A DNA stretch of 61,758 bases, taken from assembly GCA_002269645.1 (NCBI GenBank), contig NIVC01004073.1, positions 1 to 61,758 of the forward strand, written 5' to 3'. The stretch's first letter is position 1; every line of letters starts with the position of its first letter. The translations under genes were made by a program, and so were the position numbers. The notes beneath the pieces are model-generated. The model had not been told where the DNA came from and did not search any database. It saw only the letters and a list, made by a program, of their open reading frames with translations. This DNA is from Macrostomum lignano (Eukaryota). Below, piece after piece: positions 10,828-23,520 of this stretch.

Positions 10828-13800
10828 AGAACAGGCACTGAAAGGGAAGACAAATAATTGAAAATCTTGGTATTAATTTGCCGATTGCTAGTGCTGCATC
10901 CGATTCAAACCTCATGAAATTCTTGACTTAGTAGTTTGAGACGCATTATTCCATCAGCGCTAATCCAGGAGAGATCATCAATCAATAGGATAACGTTAAA
11001 AATCTTTACAGAGCTTTGCACGAAAATGAAACGACTAAATTTTTGAACTAATCCTATATAAGTTAACACCAATTGATACCTCTAAATGGAATCAAGAGGG
11101 GAGTTAATTAAAAGTGTTACTCCTGCTCTTTCTGGTCTGAAATTCTATATAGTAAATGCTTTAGTCATTCATTTGCGTGCGGTTTTATTTTCTAATTGAT
11201 CCTTTAAATCCGATTGTCTATGCAATGGTTTTAGTTTACATAAATTATTATCTTGTGTCGCATTAAACTTCCATTAATTATAATTCATAAAATGTTCGCA
11301 GTTTATTTGACTAGTTATTACAATATTTCACGCATAATATTTCAGAATCATTTAAAGTTTTCTTACTTATTCGTCTTGCACAAATTTCGTCAAACTTCAC
11401 AATTGTTAGTTACAGCAATGATATCAATGATATGGTATTTATTTCACACTTGAAAGTAGCGACATCCTAAATACTAGCTCGGATATACCAATCTACAATG
11501 TAAAAGCCCTCTCTCAAAGCAAACATGTACTTTGGTATGAGGTGGCCGTCCAAGAATGCTCTTGAGATGGTTGAAAAATATCGATCAAAACTTTGCAGCA
11601 CGACATTGAACTCGGCTAAAGAGCTATATCGATGTAAAATAAAATCTCATCTGCTGAGTGAGTTTTGTGTCTAATTGGCTCCCTCTTGGCAGAGCCTTTT
11701 GCGTCTCTAGCTCTTCAATAGCAAAAGTGTGTGACAAATATGAGATACACGTCGTTCGCTTAACGTCCAAAATTCTTACGATATGTCACAAGTTCACCTC
11801 TGTCGAGCCACAATGACGCACAAGGTTTCTTTTTCTTGGTTTTGTTGCGTATTGATGATTTGTCATTGTCCTTTGCCGTCTTTTTTGCAAAGTAATCCAA
11901 TGGCTGTCGAAAGACTTTAGCATCTTACCGAGGACAAAGTTAACACACTCGATTAACGGGCTCAATTCAAGCTTCATTTGTTCTCATTTTCAGCACCTGG
12001 TAATTATCTTACGTTCGGAGAAAAAAGAGGTGAAGGCCGTCATAATACATTTAGATAAGTGTTGAATATAGTAACATAATAGCATGGCATATCAGTTTCT
12101 GTACATGGCCGCTCAAAAAAATTAATTACACTCGCCTCGTTCAGGATACACGTAGGCATGATTTTATTCGTACATGATTGTAACAAATATACATGCGCCG
12201 CATGTCGCTCGATGTTGATCGCAATTCTTATGCTTTCTTTCATACCGATTCAAGGACCACTGAAGTTACGGTAAAGTCGTACTTCATAGTTAATATCATG
12301 AAGAAGTAAACTTCGGTTGTCCATGACAATTTAGCTGTCTATGGTTAGGTTGTGCACTAGCCATGCGTTTGTTCACTTCGACAATTTACTTGTCTTTTGA
12401 GATCGTAGCTTGTTGGTAATAAAGGACGTCGGCATCCCGAGGAGCCCGTAGTAAATCGTTTTTGCGTTTCTAGTTCAATCAAACCTGGAGCTAGGCTTTT
12501 CCCCGCCCAGCATTTTAAGGGTTAAATCGATTATTTTTATGGCAAAACTCTCAGGTTTTTTCGAAAGTCTCGATTTTCCGGTACTAGTTAAAAGCCAATT
12601 GGCAGCTTTTAACAAAAAAACAACCTGGCAAATACAATTTGCTTGAAGATTAAGATTTTGAATGCATTTTGGATAATTTTTTAAATTTAGTTAGATACTG
12701 CAATAACCATATTCAAAATAAAAGATAAGAAATATTTTCACTTGTATCGCAACTTTCAGGATTCTTTGAAAACTTCTGTCTAAAATTGGGACACTAGAAG
12801 CGGTCGGTCATCAAACGAATCCACAAATTCTAAACAAGCATCGAATATTATATTATGCTACGAATTTTTATTTGAAGATAAGTAAAGGCAACTCAAAAAC
12901 TCAATTTTTGTGCATTTCAAGTTTTGCATGTCTCGTTTACCCGCGGCCTAACCCTAATTCCATCTGAATGACCGAATCTGATGAATGAATCTCCCTTTCA
13001 TGGTCATAAGTAAAATGACACTTTCTTTTGAAAATTGGTCGAGTAATGAATGAAAAGGTTACAAAACTTCACAATAAATTTGCCCATTTGGTAGTATGAT
13101 AATTTTGGCCATAAAGTTAGGCCTAGTTTCTTATCAATATTGGTAGGCTAGTCCTTTACTTTTGTTCATTCAATTATTTTCTTTAAAGATTTGTAATTTA
13201 TGTTTAGGCTAGTTTAATGATGAATGCTATAACATATTTATAGAAATACCTATAAGTTTTAACATATAAATTGGCAACTGTCAACTAGTGAAACTGGTGA
13301 ATGGGTAGTCATAGATAAAATAGCAACAATAAACAGTGGTTTTAGGTGCTGGTAAGAGGCTAGCCATGGCATAGTTCTGTTAGTGCACCATGTCCCATGA
13401 TAATTGAGTTGATTGAGTTGAGTCTACTGCATCTGCCTGCAATGATTGACTACTAAGTTTATCTATCCTACTAAATATGCTTGGGTGCAACCTATGGATT
13501 CACCTGGCCATTTCTATTGGCAACACACACATGTAAGTCACTATTAGACGGAATAGTAGTCACGTGACTGCTCTTGGCCAATAGCAACTTACATGTGTAT
13601 GTTGCCAATAGAAATGGCCAAGTGATTCCCAAGGTTGTGTATGAGTGCTATTAAATAATTAGACTTTGTATATTTTTGTGCTATAGTCTAGATAAATATT
13701 TTAAGCTAGGCCTATATCATTCTATGTTGATTTGAATAGCATATTTCTAAAAAAAAAATAAATAAATAAAAAAGCTAAGATTGAGAATATAATATAAAAT

Positions 13801-14318
13801 AATTATTGTCTCTAAATTAAGGTATACTTAATATGGCTCCTGGACACTTTGTCATCTAACCACTTTGTCATCTCGATGACAAAGTGACTATGGTTTTTGG
13901 ATGCTTCGTCATATCAAAAAATTGTTAGTAAATCTAGATGACAAAGTGACTAAATTTTGAGGACACTTCGTCATCTCAAGATTTAGCAAGGCTGTAAATT
14001 GTTATTCGATTGTTATTGTTATAAGTTGTTACTCAATTTATTTAGTCTGTAAAATATAGGATTGAATACACAACTTAGAGATTCAACTTGTTGCTATAAT
14101 TGGCATCCAATGTACACAATGTATATGCAGTTTGCATATGCACGCTTTAATGTACGAGTACATACATGTAGATACTAGTGCTCGTTGTAATTATTGATTA
14201 TTGATTCATTGTTCAAACTTGCCAAGCTCTAATAATTATTTTTGCTTCCTTGCTAAAGCCTAAAATTAATTGGCATTATCACTTCTACAATCCAGGGGAG
14301 GCAACAAAGTATGTGGCC

Positions 14319-14476
14319 ATGGATTTCTCCTTGCTCCACCTGCAGGGACTTAACCAACCCTTGAATCACAACCCCATACAATCTGAGCTAGAGTGATGTT
14401 ACATAATGGATTTCTCCTTGCTCCACCTACAGGGACTTAACCAACCCTTCACACGCATAAGTCTGAGCTAGAGCGT
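14319..14476. repeat. Two-copy ~87-bp tandem duplication inside the TIR element
   Basis: ATGGATTTCTCCTTGCTCCACCT.CAGGGACTTAACCAACCCTT...TCTGAGCTAGAG occurs twice. Confidence 0.85.
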
Positions 14477-14889
14477 TTTCACCCCCTAAATAAACATGCA
14501 TTTGTGTCTATGAGTGCAACATGCCAATTCTCCAACCAACTAACCACATGGCAGATCCAAAAGGGGTTCAGGTGCAGAGATGGTCACTTTACCCCTTAAG
14601 ACTGAAGTGGCCAGCATACTCCCACCCAGAATTTTATTACAAATATAATGCATGAAATCACATATGAGAAGCAAGTACATGTAAGAAACAGCTAGTTTAT
14701 AAGTGAAAATGGCAGACATCTGCATTTTTGCCAAGAGCCAGTTAGCACAAAACAGCAAGCGCTTCAATATGATATTTGTCAGCAATGGCAGCACTGTTGT
14801 CTGTGTTGTGGCACAGGAATTTCTAAGGAAGAATATCAAGAGCTATCAAGCCAAGGGAACTTTCCATGGAGCTGCATATGTTGTTGAGG

Positions 14890-15150
14890 TGAGCTGCCAG
14901 CCATCTAGCCACCAGCTGCCCAGCTGCAGGTAGAGCTGCCAGCCATCCAGCCGCAGGTAGAGCCGCCAGCTGTCTAGCCGCCAGCTGCCCAGCCGCAGGT
15001 ATAGAGCAGCCAGCCACCCAGCCATAGGTATAGAGCTGCCAGCCGTCCAGCCGCAGGTAGAGCCTCCAGCCGTCCAGCAGCAGGTAGAGCCACCAGCCGT
15101 CCAGCTGCCAGCCATCCAGCAGCAGTAAAGCCACCAGCCGTCCAGCCAAT
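14890..15150. repeat. Degenerate GC-rich minisatellite (CTGCCAGCCGTCCAGCCGCAGGTAGAG-like)
   Basis: Visible tandem units. It explains ORFs 14823..15149 and 14846..15115. Confidence 0.85.
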
Positions 15151-16699
15151 TCAGTTAATTTTCAGTTAACTTTAACCAATTCACCAGGCCGTGCTCAGCT
15201 TTGCCACTGGGTGAAAGCAGATTAAAAAGATTTTAACTGTCTTCTTTCCAGACAATTTTGAATCTTTTGGCAAAAACACGATCAAAATTGGTGAAGAATT
15301 GCAAGCTCTAGAGCGTTATGAACATACAAACAAACAAACAAATATTAGAGATTTAGACAGATTTAGAAGGAAAGGATCAAATTAATTCTGCAGTAATTTA
15401 AATGTATAGGTCTTAATGCTATTCTCTTTGTGCTTTGATCTTTTTGATCTTTGTGCCTATATATAGCTACAAATTAGAGTATTTAACAACTATCTTTGTG
15501 GGTTGTGACTCCGCCATTGTCTGGTCCCAAGCCCAGAATGTGAAAGGAAGAGGGCGACTATATGTAGATACATATACATGTATAATGTTTAATCCTTATC
15601 TTTATATAGTTATATAGTTATATAATTGCATGGACGAGTATATATGTTACATATAGCAAAGTTTTTCATACAAAAAGTGGATGACGAAGTGTCCAGGGAG
15701 TAGATGACGAAGTGTCCACATTAGTAATGTGGATGACAAAGTGGTAAGATGACAAAGTGTCCAACAATAAGAGTGGATGACGAAGTGGTAAGATGACAAA
15801 GTGTCCAGGAACCCTTAATATTAGCTTTATATCTTCAACAATATAATATTAATTATTTACTGCTTTTGAGTTGACTTTGATAATAGACTTAAAAAACCTA
15901 TTAATTGACCTTTTTTGTTATAATTTAGATCTTAGGCTAATTTATTATAGGACTTGTCTTTTGTCTATCCAAAACAACACCTACAGAAAAACCTTGGTGT
16001 ATAGCATTCATTTTTATATTTTGTCCTAAATTCTTTGCTGCTAATGGAGTAACCTATCTAAATCTTATAGATTCTTCTAATCTTCTATTTAAAGTCTTAA
16101 TATTTTCTTAATGAAATTTGGCTTGTAGGTACCTTTACTACTTCTTTGTTACTTATAGAAATTGATAAAATATTTATTGTTAATGACAAAAAGGAAACTA
16201 TTCTAGATAAAAATGGAATAAACAGAACAATATAAGTCTCTTTTATGACAACTGTTGAAATTGGAATTGCCTTGAATGTTTTCATATCTCATTTTCTTAA
16301 AAATATTTAATGCTTGGTTGCAAACAAATAAGTAAAAAATTGTATTCAATGGCCTATGTCCCAAACCCTAAACCAATCTAGATTTGGAGTTCTTAAATCT
16401 TAAATCTAGAGTTTTTATCCTTATCCTCTATGGTCTAAACTTTTATTGACCATCACATAGTCTTAATGCATAGTAGTCTAGATAAAATCCTAAGTTATAT
16501 TAATCTTATAGAGCCTACAAAGTAATGAATAGGAATATATTGCTTAAATAGAAAAAATTATACTATTATTCTACTAAGTAAAAAACTGTCCATTGTCCTA
16601 CCATATTCTAAGGCTGGATAAAGCTTGGGGAGGGGTTGGTTTTACATTTTAAAGATTGTGCTTACTTTGAAAAGGCAATTAATAGGTAAATGGGTAGTC

Positions 16700-17750
16700 T
16701 ATTAAAGCCAAAATGATAATTTATGGTAGTTTATTAGCCTTTACATTTTTGACTAGAGATATACATAAACAATAATAATGCATAAGGCCCCTGAATAAGT
16801 CTATACAATAAACAAACTGGTAGTAGATAACATATAGCTAGTATTTTCTATCCCAATGTTAATTTAAAAGAGAATTCATGAAGATAAAGATTGAAAACCC
16901 ATGGCAACTTTTGAAAAAACATATTTTTAGTCAAAGATTTCTTTTAAAAAGCTTAAAAATTGTTATAGACATTTTTAAGTCATACATTAGATCAAAACTA
17001 AAAAATGGCTACCTAGATTTAGGATAGGAAAAAACAAATTGTTTTCTAGCCATTGCAGAGGTAATTCTAGTCAAAAACTTGGAATTCACTATTGCATTGT
17101 CTATAAGAATCTCTATGATATTAAATTCAATCCTCCGTACTATTTTCATGACTTCTTTATAATGGTAGTATTGCTTTTTGGTAATTTAGGTTTGTCATAG
17201 AAAATCTTGCCATCATCTTTGAACTTGCTCATTAGAGATTTTACTATAAAGCTTAGAGATTGAATAACTAGAACATATTATTTAGTCTATCAAGCAAGCT
17301 GTCATGGTACCAGGTAAACCCTAGCCAAAAGGACTTCCTTGCTACAAATGACCTGCACTCAAAATCAACCTATAAAATCAATACATAAACTGAAATTGAA
17401 CCAGCCATGTTTAGAATGTCATTGACACATGCTAAGGAATAGATAATTAAAATCCTATCTATGATGGCAACTTGAAATCTTCTAGGCTCATAGAGCTGAT
17501 ATTATCTTTGCCTTCAAATGTCTCTGCCATGGCTTCCAAGTATTGAACTTCCTTCTCTAGGTGATTGGAAGCAGTTATTATAGAAGTGGATTGTCAAATA
17601 GTAGCTGGATTTGAGGATAGGTAAAAAGTGCATTAGCAAATATAGTTGGGAATGTATCTTTCTACTTGTACCTTTCTACTTGTTGGCTCCTTTGTGGTGA
17701 AGTTCTTCAAGCTATTGAAGTTTTCCTTGATAGTCATTAGATAAAACTTG
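16700..17750 (-). pseudogene. Decayed P-element/THAP9-family transposase
   Basis: Broken minus-strand frames give EDFKLPS, FIVKSLMSKFKD, YKEVMKIVRRIEFNIIEILIDNAIVNSKFL, FSYPKSR*PFFSFDLMYDLK and KANKL. These follow the order of the remembered P-transposase motifs LPSxxTL, FMIKSxxSKYKDVV, IGFxVxxIxxDNxxxNxKFF, FFDxxHLLK and KxAxKL. Many stops and frameshifts. Confidence 0.55.
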
Positions 17751-18298
17751 CAAGGAGAGTAGCATACTTAAGACCTTGAGTGCTTGAAAAAAACAAAGTA
17801 TTTTCATGCCTTAAAAAATGGATTGGATTTTATTTACAAAGCTTTAAGAGCCTCATCTTTTTTGAAAAGAATGAAATATCACCTTTGTCTTAGCTAAGCT
17901 TGTTATAGAAGATTTCATATAGCCAAATGTTTAATAATTGTAACTTATACTCTTTTTAGGGATGTAAAATGACTGGTTAAGAGAAATTTAAATCAATTAG
18001 GTAGATTGAGATTGCAAGAAAACTATATTTATAGAAAACTATATATTCTAACCAAATATATATATTTATATTTATATATATATAGTCAAATAAATTGTAG
18101 AAATAGGCACAGGAAAACAGGATCTAAGGCACACATTCATAATTGTTTATTACTTATTATTTATTACCCTAGAACAAATTCGTAGCATCTGTCATTTAGG
18201 TCATATGAAATTCAGGTACTCATAAATTGCTTATAGGGCATAGTTAAAATTGAAATTAGAATATTTTTGTAACTAGTTTTATTAAGAAGCAATTTCAA

Positions 18299-21200
18299 AT
18301 GTTGCAACTGCAGCAGAGAACCTGTGACTCGCCATTATCAATGGAGTCTCTAATTAAAAGTGGCTCATTGTCATCCGATGATAAGGAGTTTTTACAGCAG
18401 TTTTCTAATGATGCAAATATGAATGCAGTAGTGAAATTGTGCGACATTCTTGAAGGCTATCTGGCTAGACGAGTGGCTCCTGTCACGCCGAGCGCACTAG
18501 AGGATGTTGTCGAGGTGATTAATGCCATTTTTTTCTATTTGTATCGTGTGTTTCTTGATAAATTAGACATGTTTATAAACATATAGATTATTAACTCAAT
18601 GGCATTATCAGATTAGCTCATGTTTGCTAATCATGTCTATCACTCAGGTATCTGTTCCCTTAATTAGGCTATCGCCCAGGTGTCTACTCCCTAAGTAGAG
18701 TCTATCGTCCAGGCGTCTTCCCTAATAAGAGGCTATCGCCCAGGTGTCTGTTCCCTAATAAGAGGATATCGCCCAGGTGTCTGTTCCCTAATAAGAGGAT
18801 ATCGCCCAGGTGTCTGTTCCCTAATAAGAGGATATCGCCCAGGTGTCTGTTCCCTAATAAGAGGATATCGCCCAGGTGTCTGTTCCCTAATAAGAGGATA
18901 TCGCCCAGGTGTCTGTTCCCTAATAAGAGGATATCGCCCAGGTGTCTGTTCCCTAATAAGAGGATATCGCCCAGGTGTCTGTTCCCTAATAAGAGGATAT
19001 CGCCCAGGTGTCTGTTCCCTAATAAGAGGATATCGCCCAGGTGTCTGTTCCCTAATAAGAGGATATCGCCCAGGTGTCTGTTCCCTAATAAGAGGATATC
19101 GCCCAGGTGTCTGTTCCCTAATAAGAGGATATCGCCCAGGTGTCTGTTCCCTAATAAGAGGATATCGCCCAGGTGTCTGTTCCCTAATAAGAGGATATCG
19201 CCCAGGTGTCTGTTCCCTAATAAGAGGCTATCGCCCAGGTGTCTGTTCCCTAATAAGAGGCTATCGCCCAGGTGTCTGTTCCCTAATAAGAGGCTATCGC
19301 CCATGTGTCTGCTCCCTAATAGGCTTTCGCCCAGGTGTCTGCTCCCTAATAGGCTTTCGCCCAGGTGTCTGCTCCCCAATAGGCTTTCGCACAGGTGTCT
19401 GCTCCCTAATAGGCTTTCGCCCAGGTGTCTGCTCCCTAATACTGTTAGAGTCTTCCGCACAGGTGTCTGTTCTCTAATAGGCTTTTGCACAGGTTTCTAG
19501 CTTAGTAATTTTCACTAAGCCATTCGCAACTAGACAAAAGCAACCCCTCCGCCAGAAATAAAATAATTTGATATTCAAATTGCCTTGCGCATTGCCCAAA
19601 TCGCAGGCCTACGACTATTTGCGCTGCCATCCGCACGCCGAAGGCTGTCACGAATTGGTACATCTATTGCGCAAGCCGCATATGAAAGCCTTGATCCAGT
19701 GTCACGATGACCTAGCTAATCGTACCTACGGCCCTAGACTATCGCCTGTGCCTCACGAGGTCGATGAAGACGATGTTAGCGTGAAAATTGTCGAGTTGGT
19801 GAAGCAGGACGAGCCGCTAGGCGCCACTATTAAGATTAATGAGCGAACCGGGGCCATCCTCATCGCCCGGGTGATGCACGGAGGGCTGGCTGATCGCAGC
19901 GACCTGCTGCAGGCCGGGGACGAAGTTCAAGCTGTCAATCAGGTTTGACTGATCGGCATGTATCTTGGGGTCTGTCTGTTCACAGGTCTAGCTAGCGGGC
20001 AGATCAGTGAGGCATCTAGCTAGCGGGCAGATCAGTAATGCATCTAGCTAGCGGGCAGATCAGTGAGGCATCTAGCTAGCGGGCAGATCAGTAATGCATC
20101 TAGCTAGCGGGCAGATCAGTGAGGCATCTAGCTAGCGGGCAGATCAGTAATGCATCTAGCTAGCAGGCAGATCAGTGAGGCATCTAGCTAGCGGGCAGAT
20201 CAGTAATGCATCTAGCTAGCGGGCAGATCAGTGAGGCATCTAGCTAGCGGGCAGATCAGTAATGCATCTAGCTAGCGGGCAGATCAGTGAGGCATCTAGC
20301 TAGCGGGCAGATCAGTAATGCATCTAGCTAGCGGGCAGATCAGTGAGGCATCTAGCTAGCGGGCAGATCAGTGAGGCATCTAGCTAGCGGGCAGATCAGT
20401 AATGCATCTAGCTAGCGGGCAGATCAGTGAGGCATCTAGCTAGCGGGCAGATCAGTAATGCATCTAGCTAGCGGGCAGATCAGTGAGGCATCTAGCTAGC
20501 GGGCAGATCAGTGAGGCATCTAGCTAGCGGGTAGATCAGTGAGGCATCTAGCTAGCGGGTAGATCAGTGAGGCATCTAGCTAGCGGGCAGATCAGTGAGG
20601 CATCTAGCTAGCGGGTAGATCAGTGAGGCATCTAGCTAGCGGGCAGATCAGTGAGGCATCTAGCTAGCGGGCAGATCAGTGAGGCATCTAGCTAGCCGGT
20701 AGATCAGTGAGGCATCTAGCTAGCGGGCAGATCAGTGAGGCATCTAGCTAGCGGGCAGATCAGTGGTGGCCAAGTGTATTAAAATTTTTGTGTAATGAAA
20801 GGCTAATGCATTGGAAATTGGCATTTACTCATTCGCAGGTGCTAGTGGCCGGCCAGGACCCCATGACGGCTATTCGAATGCTGACCACCGCCCGTGGCAA
20901 CGTCCGACTCTCCGTACTGCCGTCTGAGCGCAGATCCTCGTCAACAGCTGGAGGCGTTGGGAGCGTCAGCAGCGGCGGACAGCAGCAAGTCGGTGTCAGT
21001 CCGGCCACCGTGCGAGTGCTATTCAACTACAACCCAGCGGATGACGGGCTCATACCGTGCCAAGAGGCTGGACTCTGTCTGCGGCTAGGCGACATCTTGC
21101 AGCTGGTTAATCGCGAGGACGGCGATTGGTGGCAGGCGATCAAGGAGGGCGACGCCAGGCGGCGAGCCGGTCTGGTGCCCAGCACGGATCTGCTGCTTCG

Positions 21201-22805
21201 GCGGTATCAAAAGCAGCAGCAGCTTCAACAACAGCAGCAGCAGCAGGGCCGAAGATCGAGTGTAAAGTCCACGGCGTCCTCGGCCACTTCGTCGCCTTCA
21301 TCTCCGGCAACGGCGCATCGAGGTTAGTGGAAGTGTGGCGAAGCTTGATTTCATTTTGTTAGGTGAAGATTTTTATAGCGCTTCTCAACTTCATGTATTT
21401 GTGTACAGCGGCCATGTGTAAGTGTATGTGTACACAAAGCCAAATAGAGATTTATGTGGGGCGAAACTCCCATGCACCCAGCGCCAACTAGGGATTATAG
21501 GGCGCCAAAATCCCATGCACCCAACGCCAACTAGGGATTATAGGGTGCCAAAATCCCATGCACCCAGCGCCAACTAGGGATTATAGGGCGCCAAAATCCC
21601 ATGCACCCAGCGCCAACTAGGGATTATGTGGCGCCAAAATCCTATGCACCCAGCGCCAACTAGGGATTATGTGGCGCCAAAATCCCATGCACTTAGCGCC
21701 AAATAGGGATTATAGGGCGCCAAAATCCCATGCACCCAACGCCAACTAGGGATTATAGGGCGCCAAAATCCCATGCACCCGGCGCCAACTAGGGATTATG
21801 TGGCGCCAAAATCCCATGCACCCAGCGCCAACTAGGGATTATGTGGCGCCAAAATCCCATGCACCCATCGCCAACTAGGGATTATGTGGCGCCAAAATCC
21901 CATGCACCCAGCGCCAACTAGGGTTTATGCGGCGCCAATTGGGCAAGTGTAGCGCCGATATGACACAGTCTAATTAACGAAAACTTCGCAGTTGATACTA
22001 CTAGTCACCTCGCTGTTAAGTAGCATGCTAAGCTATTTTTTACTATTTGTACTTTCTAAAAAAAGCAGACAGCTCCGGCTCCGACCAGCAGCAGCCGCCG
22101 CCGCAGTTCTACGAAGAGCTCGGCCGATTTTATCCCGGCCAGCCGGACGGCCCAACTGGTTCGCCTGTGCCGCCCTACCGGCCGCTAGTGCTGATCGGAC
22201 CGTCCGGTGTTGGCCGGCGAGAACTGGCCAGACAGCTGGTTGGCACGGATCGGGAACACTTTGCTCTGCCTGTGCTTGTCTCCACCCGATCTCAGCAGCG
22301 CCCGGAACCGTTCGTGTCTCTCACGGCTGCTCAAATCCGGGCCCTAGCCGAAGCCGGCCGCCTGGCCGAACAGTGGACAGAGGACGGCGGCAACGAGACC
22401 TGGGCTCTGCCAGTCGACTCGCTGACTAAACTGCTCCGCGATGGCCGCGTGCCAGTCTGCGTGCCGCACGGGCCGCCGCCTCACTGCCTACTGGGCCTGC
22501 GCACTCCGTCGCTTCGAGCTTTCGTTGTCTACGTTAAGCCGCCTCCGTTGGACGTGCTCAGAGAGACCAGGGCGCCGCATCTGCTGCAGCAGCAGGAGGA
22601 CAGCCTGTACGATACTGGGCGTCAGCTGACTCTGTCCGAACTCGAGGCCATGGTCATTGAGGGCCAGCGCATGGAGTCGGCATGCGCCCACCTGATCGAC
22701 TTTACCTTGGTTAATGACGATTTGCCAGTAGCGCTGGAGACTCTGTCTGAGCTGGCTTATCGATTGGAAACTGACTTCTCCTATGTGCCCAAGCACTGGC
22801 TATGA
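18299..22805 (+). CDS. MPP7: MAGUK p55 subfamily protein (L27-L27-PDZ-SH3-GK), MPP7-like, 4 exons, about 590 aa
   Basis: Exons 18299-18514, 19607-19942, 20839-21322 and 22069-22805 have consistent phases. PDZ: SVKIVELVKQDEPLGATIKINERTGAILIARVMHGGLADRS (MPP7-type). SH3: VRVLFNYNPADDGLIPCQEAGL...DWWQA...AGLVPS. GK: YRPLVLIGPSGVGRREL. The start codon could instead be 18341. Confidence 0.85.
18640..19480. repeat. 33-bp minisatellite in MPP7 intron 1
   Basis: ATCGCCCAGGTGTCTGTTCCCTAATAAGAGGAT repeated, shortening to 30-bp variants at the right end. Confidence 0.95.
19985..20765. repeat. 28-bp minisatellite in MPP7 intron 2
   Basis: TCTAGCTAGCGGGCAGATCAGT(GAGG/AATG)CA. The two variants alternate in the left part. 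Confidence 0.95.
21460..21940. repeat. 43-bp minisatellite in MPP7 intron 3
   Basis: GGCGCCAAAATCCCATGCACCCAGCGCCAACTAGGGATTATAG repeated. Confidence 0.95.
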
Positions 22806-22817
22806 GCTGGCTCTGAG

Positions 22818-23520
22818 GCAGTGAGCTGCCATCTGCTTATCTGCCCCACACTGATCCTGCAGTGAGCTGTCATCTGTTTATCTGCCCCACACTGATCCTG
22901 CAGTGAGCTGCCATCTGCTTATCTGCCCCACACTAGTCCTGCAGTGAGCTGCCATCTGCTTATCTGCCCCACACTGGTCCTGCAGTGAGCTGCCATCTGC
23001 TTATCTGCCCCACACTAGTCCTGCAGTGAGCTGCCATCTGCTTATCTGCCCCACACTGGTCCTGCAGTGAGCTGCCGTGTGCTTATCTGCCCGCACACTA
23101 GTCCTGCAGTGAGCTGGCGTGTGCTTATCTGCCCCACACTGGTCCTGCAGTGAGCTGCCGTGTGCTTATCTGCCCCACACTGATCCTGCAGTGAGCTGCC
23201 ATCTGCTTATCTGCCCCACACTTATCCTGCAGTGAGCTGCCATCTGCTTATCTGCCCCACACTGATCCTGCAGTGAGCTGCCATCTGCTTATCTGCCCCA
23301 CACTAATCCTGCAGTGAGCTGCCATCTGCTTATCTGCCCCACACTGATCCTGCAGTGAGCTGCCGTGTGCTTATCTGCCCGCACACTAGTCCTGCAGTGA
23401 GCTGCCGTGTGCTTATCTGCCCCACACTGGTCCTGCAGTGAGCTGCCATCTGCTTATCTGCCCCACACTGATCCTGCAGTGAGCTGCCGTGTGCTTATCT
23501 GCCCCCACACTAGTCCTGCA
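22818..23520. repeat. 41-bp minisatellite starting just after the MPP7 stop (3'UTR)
   Basis: GCAGTGAGCTGCCATCTGCTTATCTGCCCCACACTGATCCT repeated. Confidence 0.95.

Larger units (their letters stand above)
13835..15813. mobile_element. Non-autonomous TIR DNA transposon with 8-bp TSD (Merlin/MULE-like GG termini, superfamily unresolved)
   Basis: The left end GGCTCCTGGACACTTTGTCATCTAACCACTTTGTCATC matches the reverse complement of the right end (GGTTCCTGGACACTTTGTCATCTTACCACTTCGTCATC). The direct repeat CTTAATAT flanks both ends (13827-13834 and 15814-15821). Subterminal GATGAC(A/G)AAGTG(T/A)C repeats are present and no transposase ORF is seen. Confidence 0.85.

Noticed and set aside
11470-12243. 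Protein-looking minus-strand stretches (EFNVVLQSFDRYF..., IAINIERHAAHV with a GPCR DRY-like look)
   Set aside because: The frames need unexplained shifts, there is no consistent splice model and no recognisable domain.
14730-14830. Minus-strand AAIADKYHIEALAVLC* resembling a BTB/SPOP helix inside the TIR element
   Set aside because: About 15 residues followed by a stop, too short to support a captured gene fragment without a search.
19985-20765. Regular repeats that might be mistaken for a CRISPR array (also 22818-23520 and 29365-30070)
   Set aside because: Head-to-tail units without unique spacers, no cas genes, and a eukaryotic intron context.
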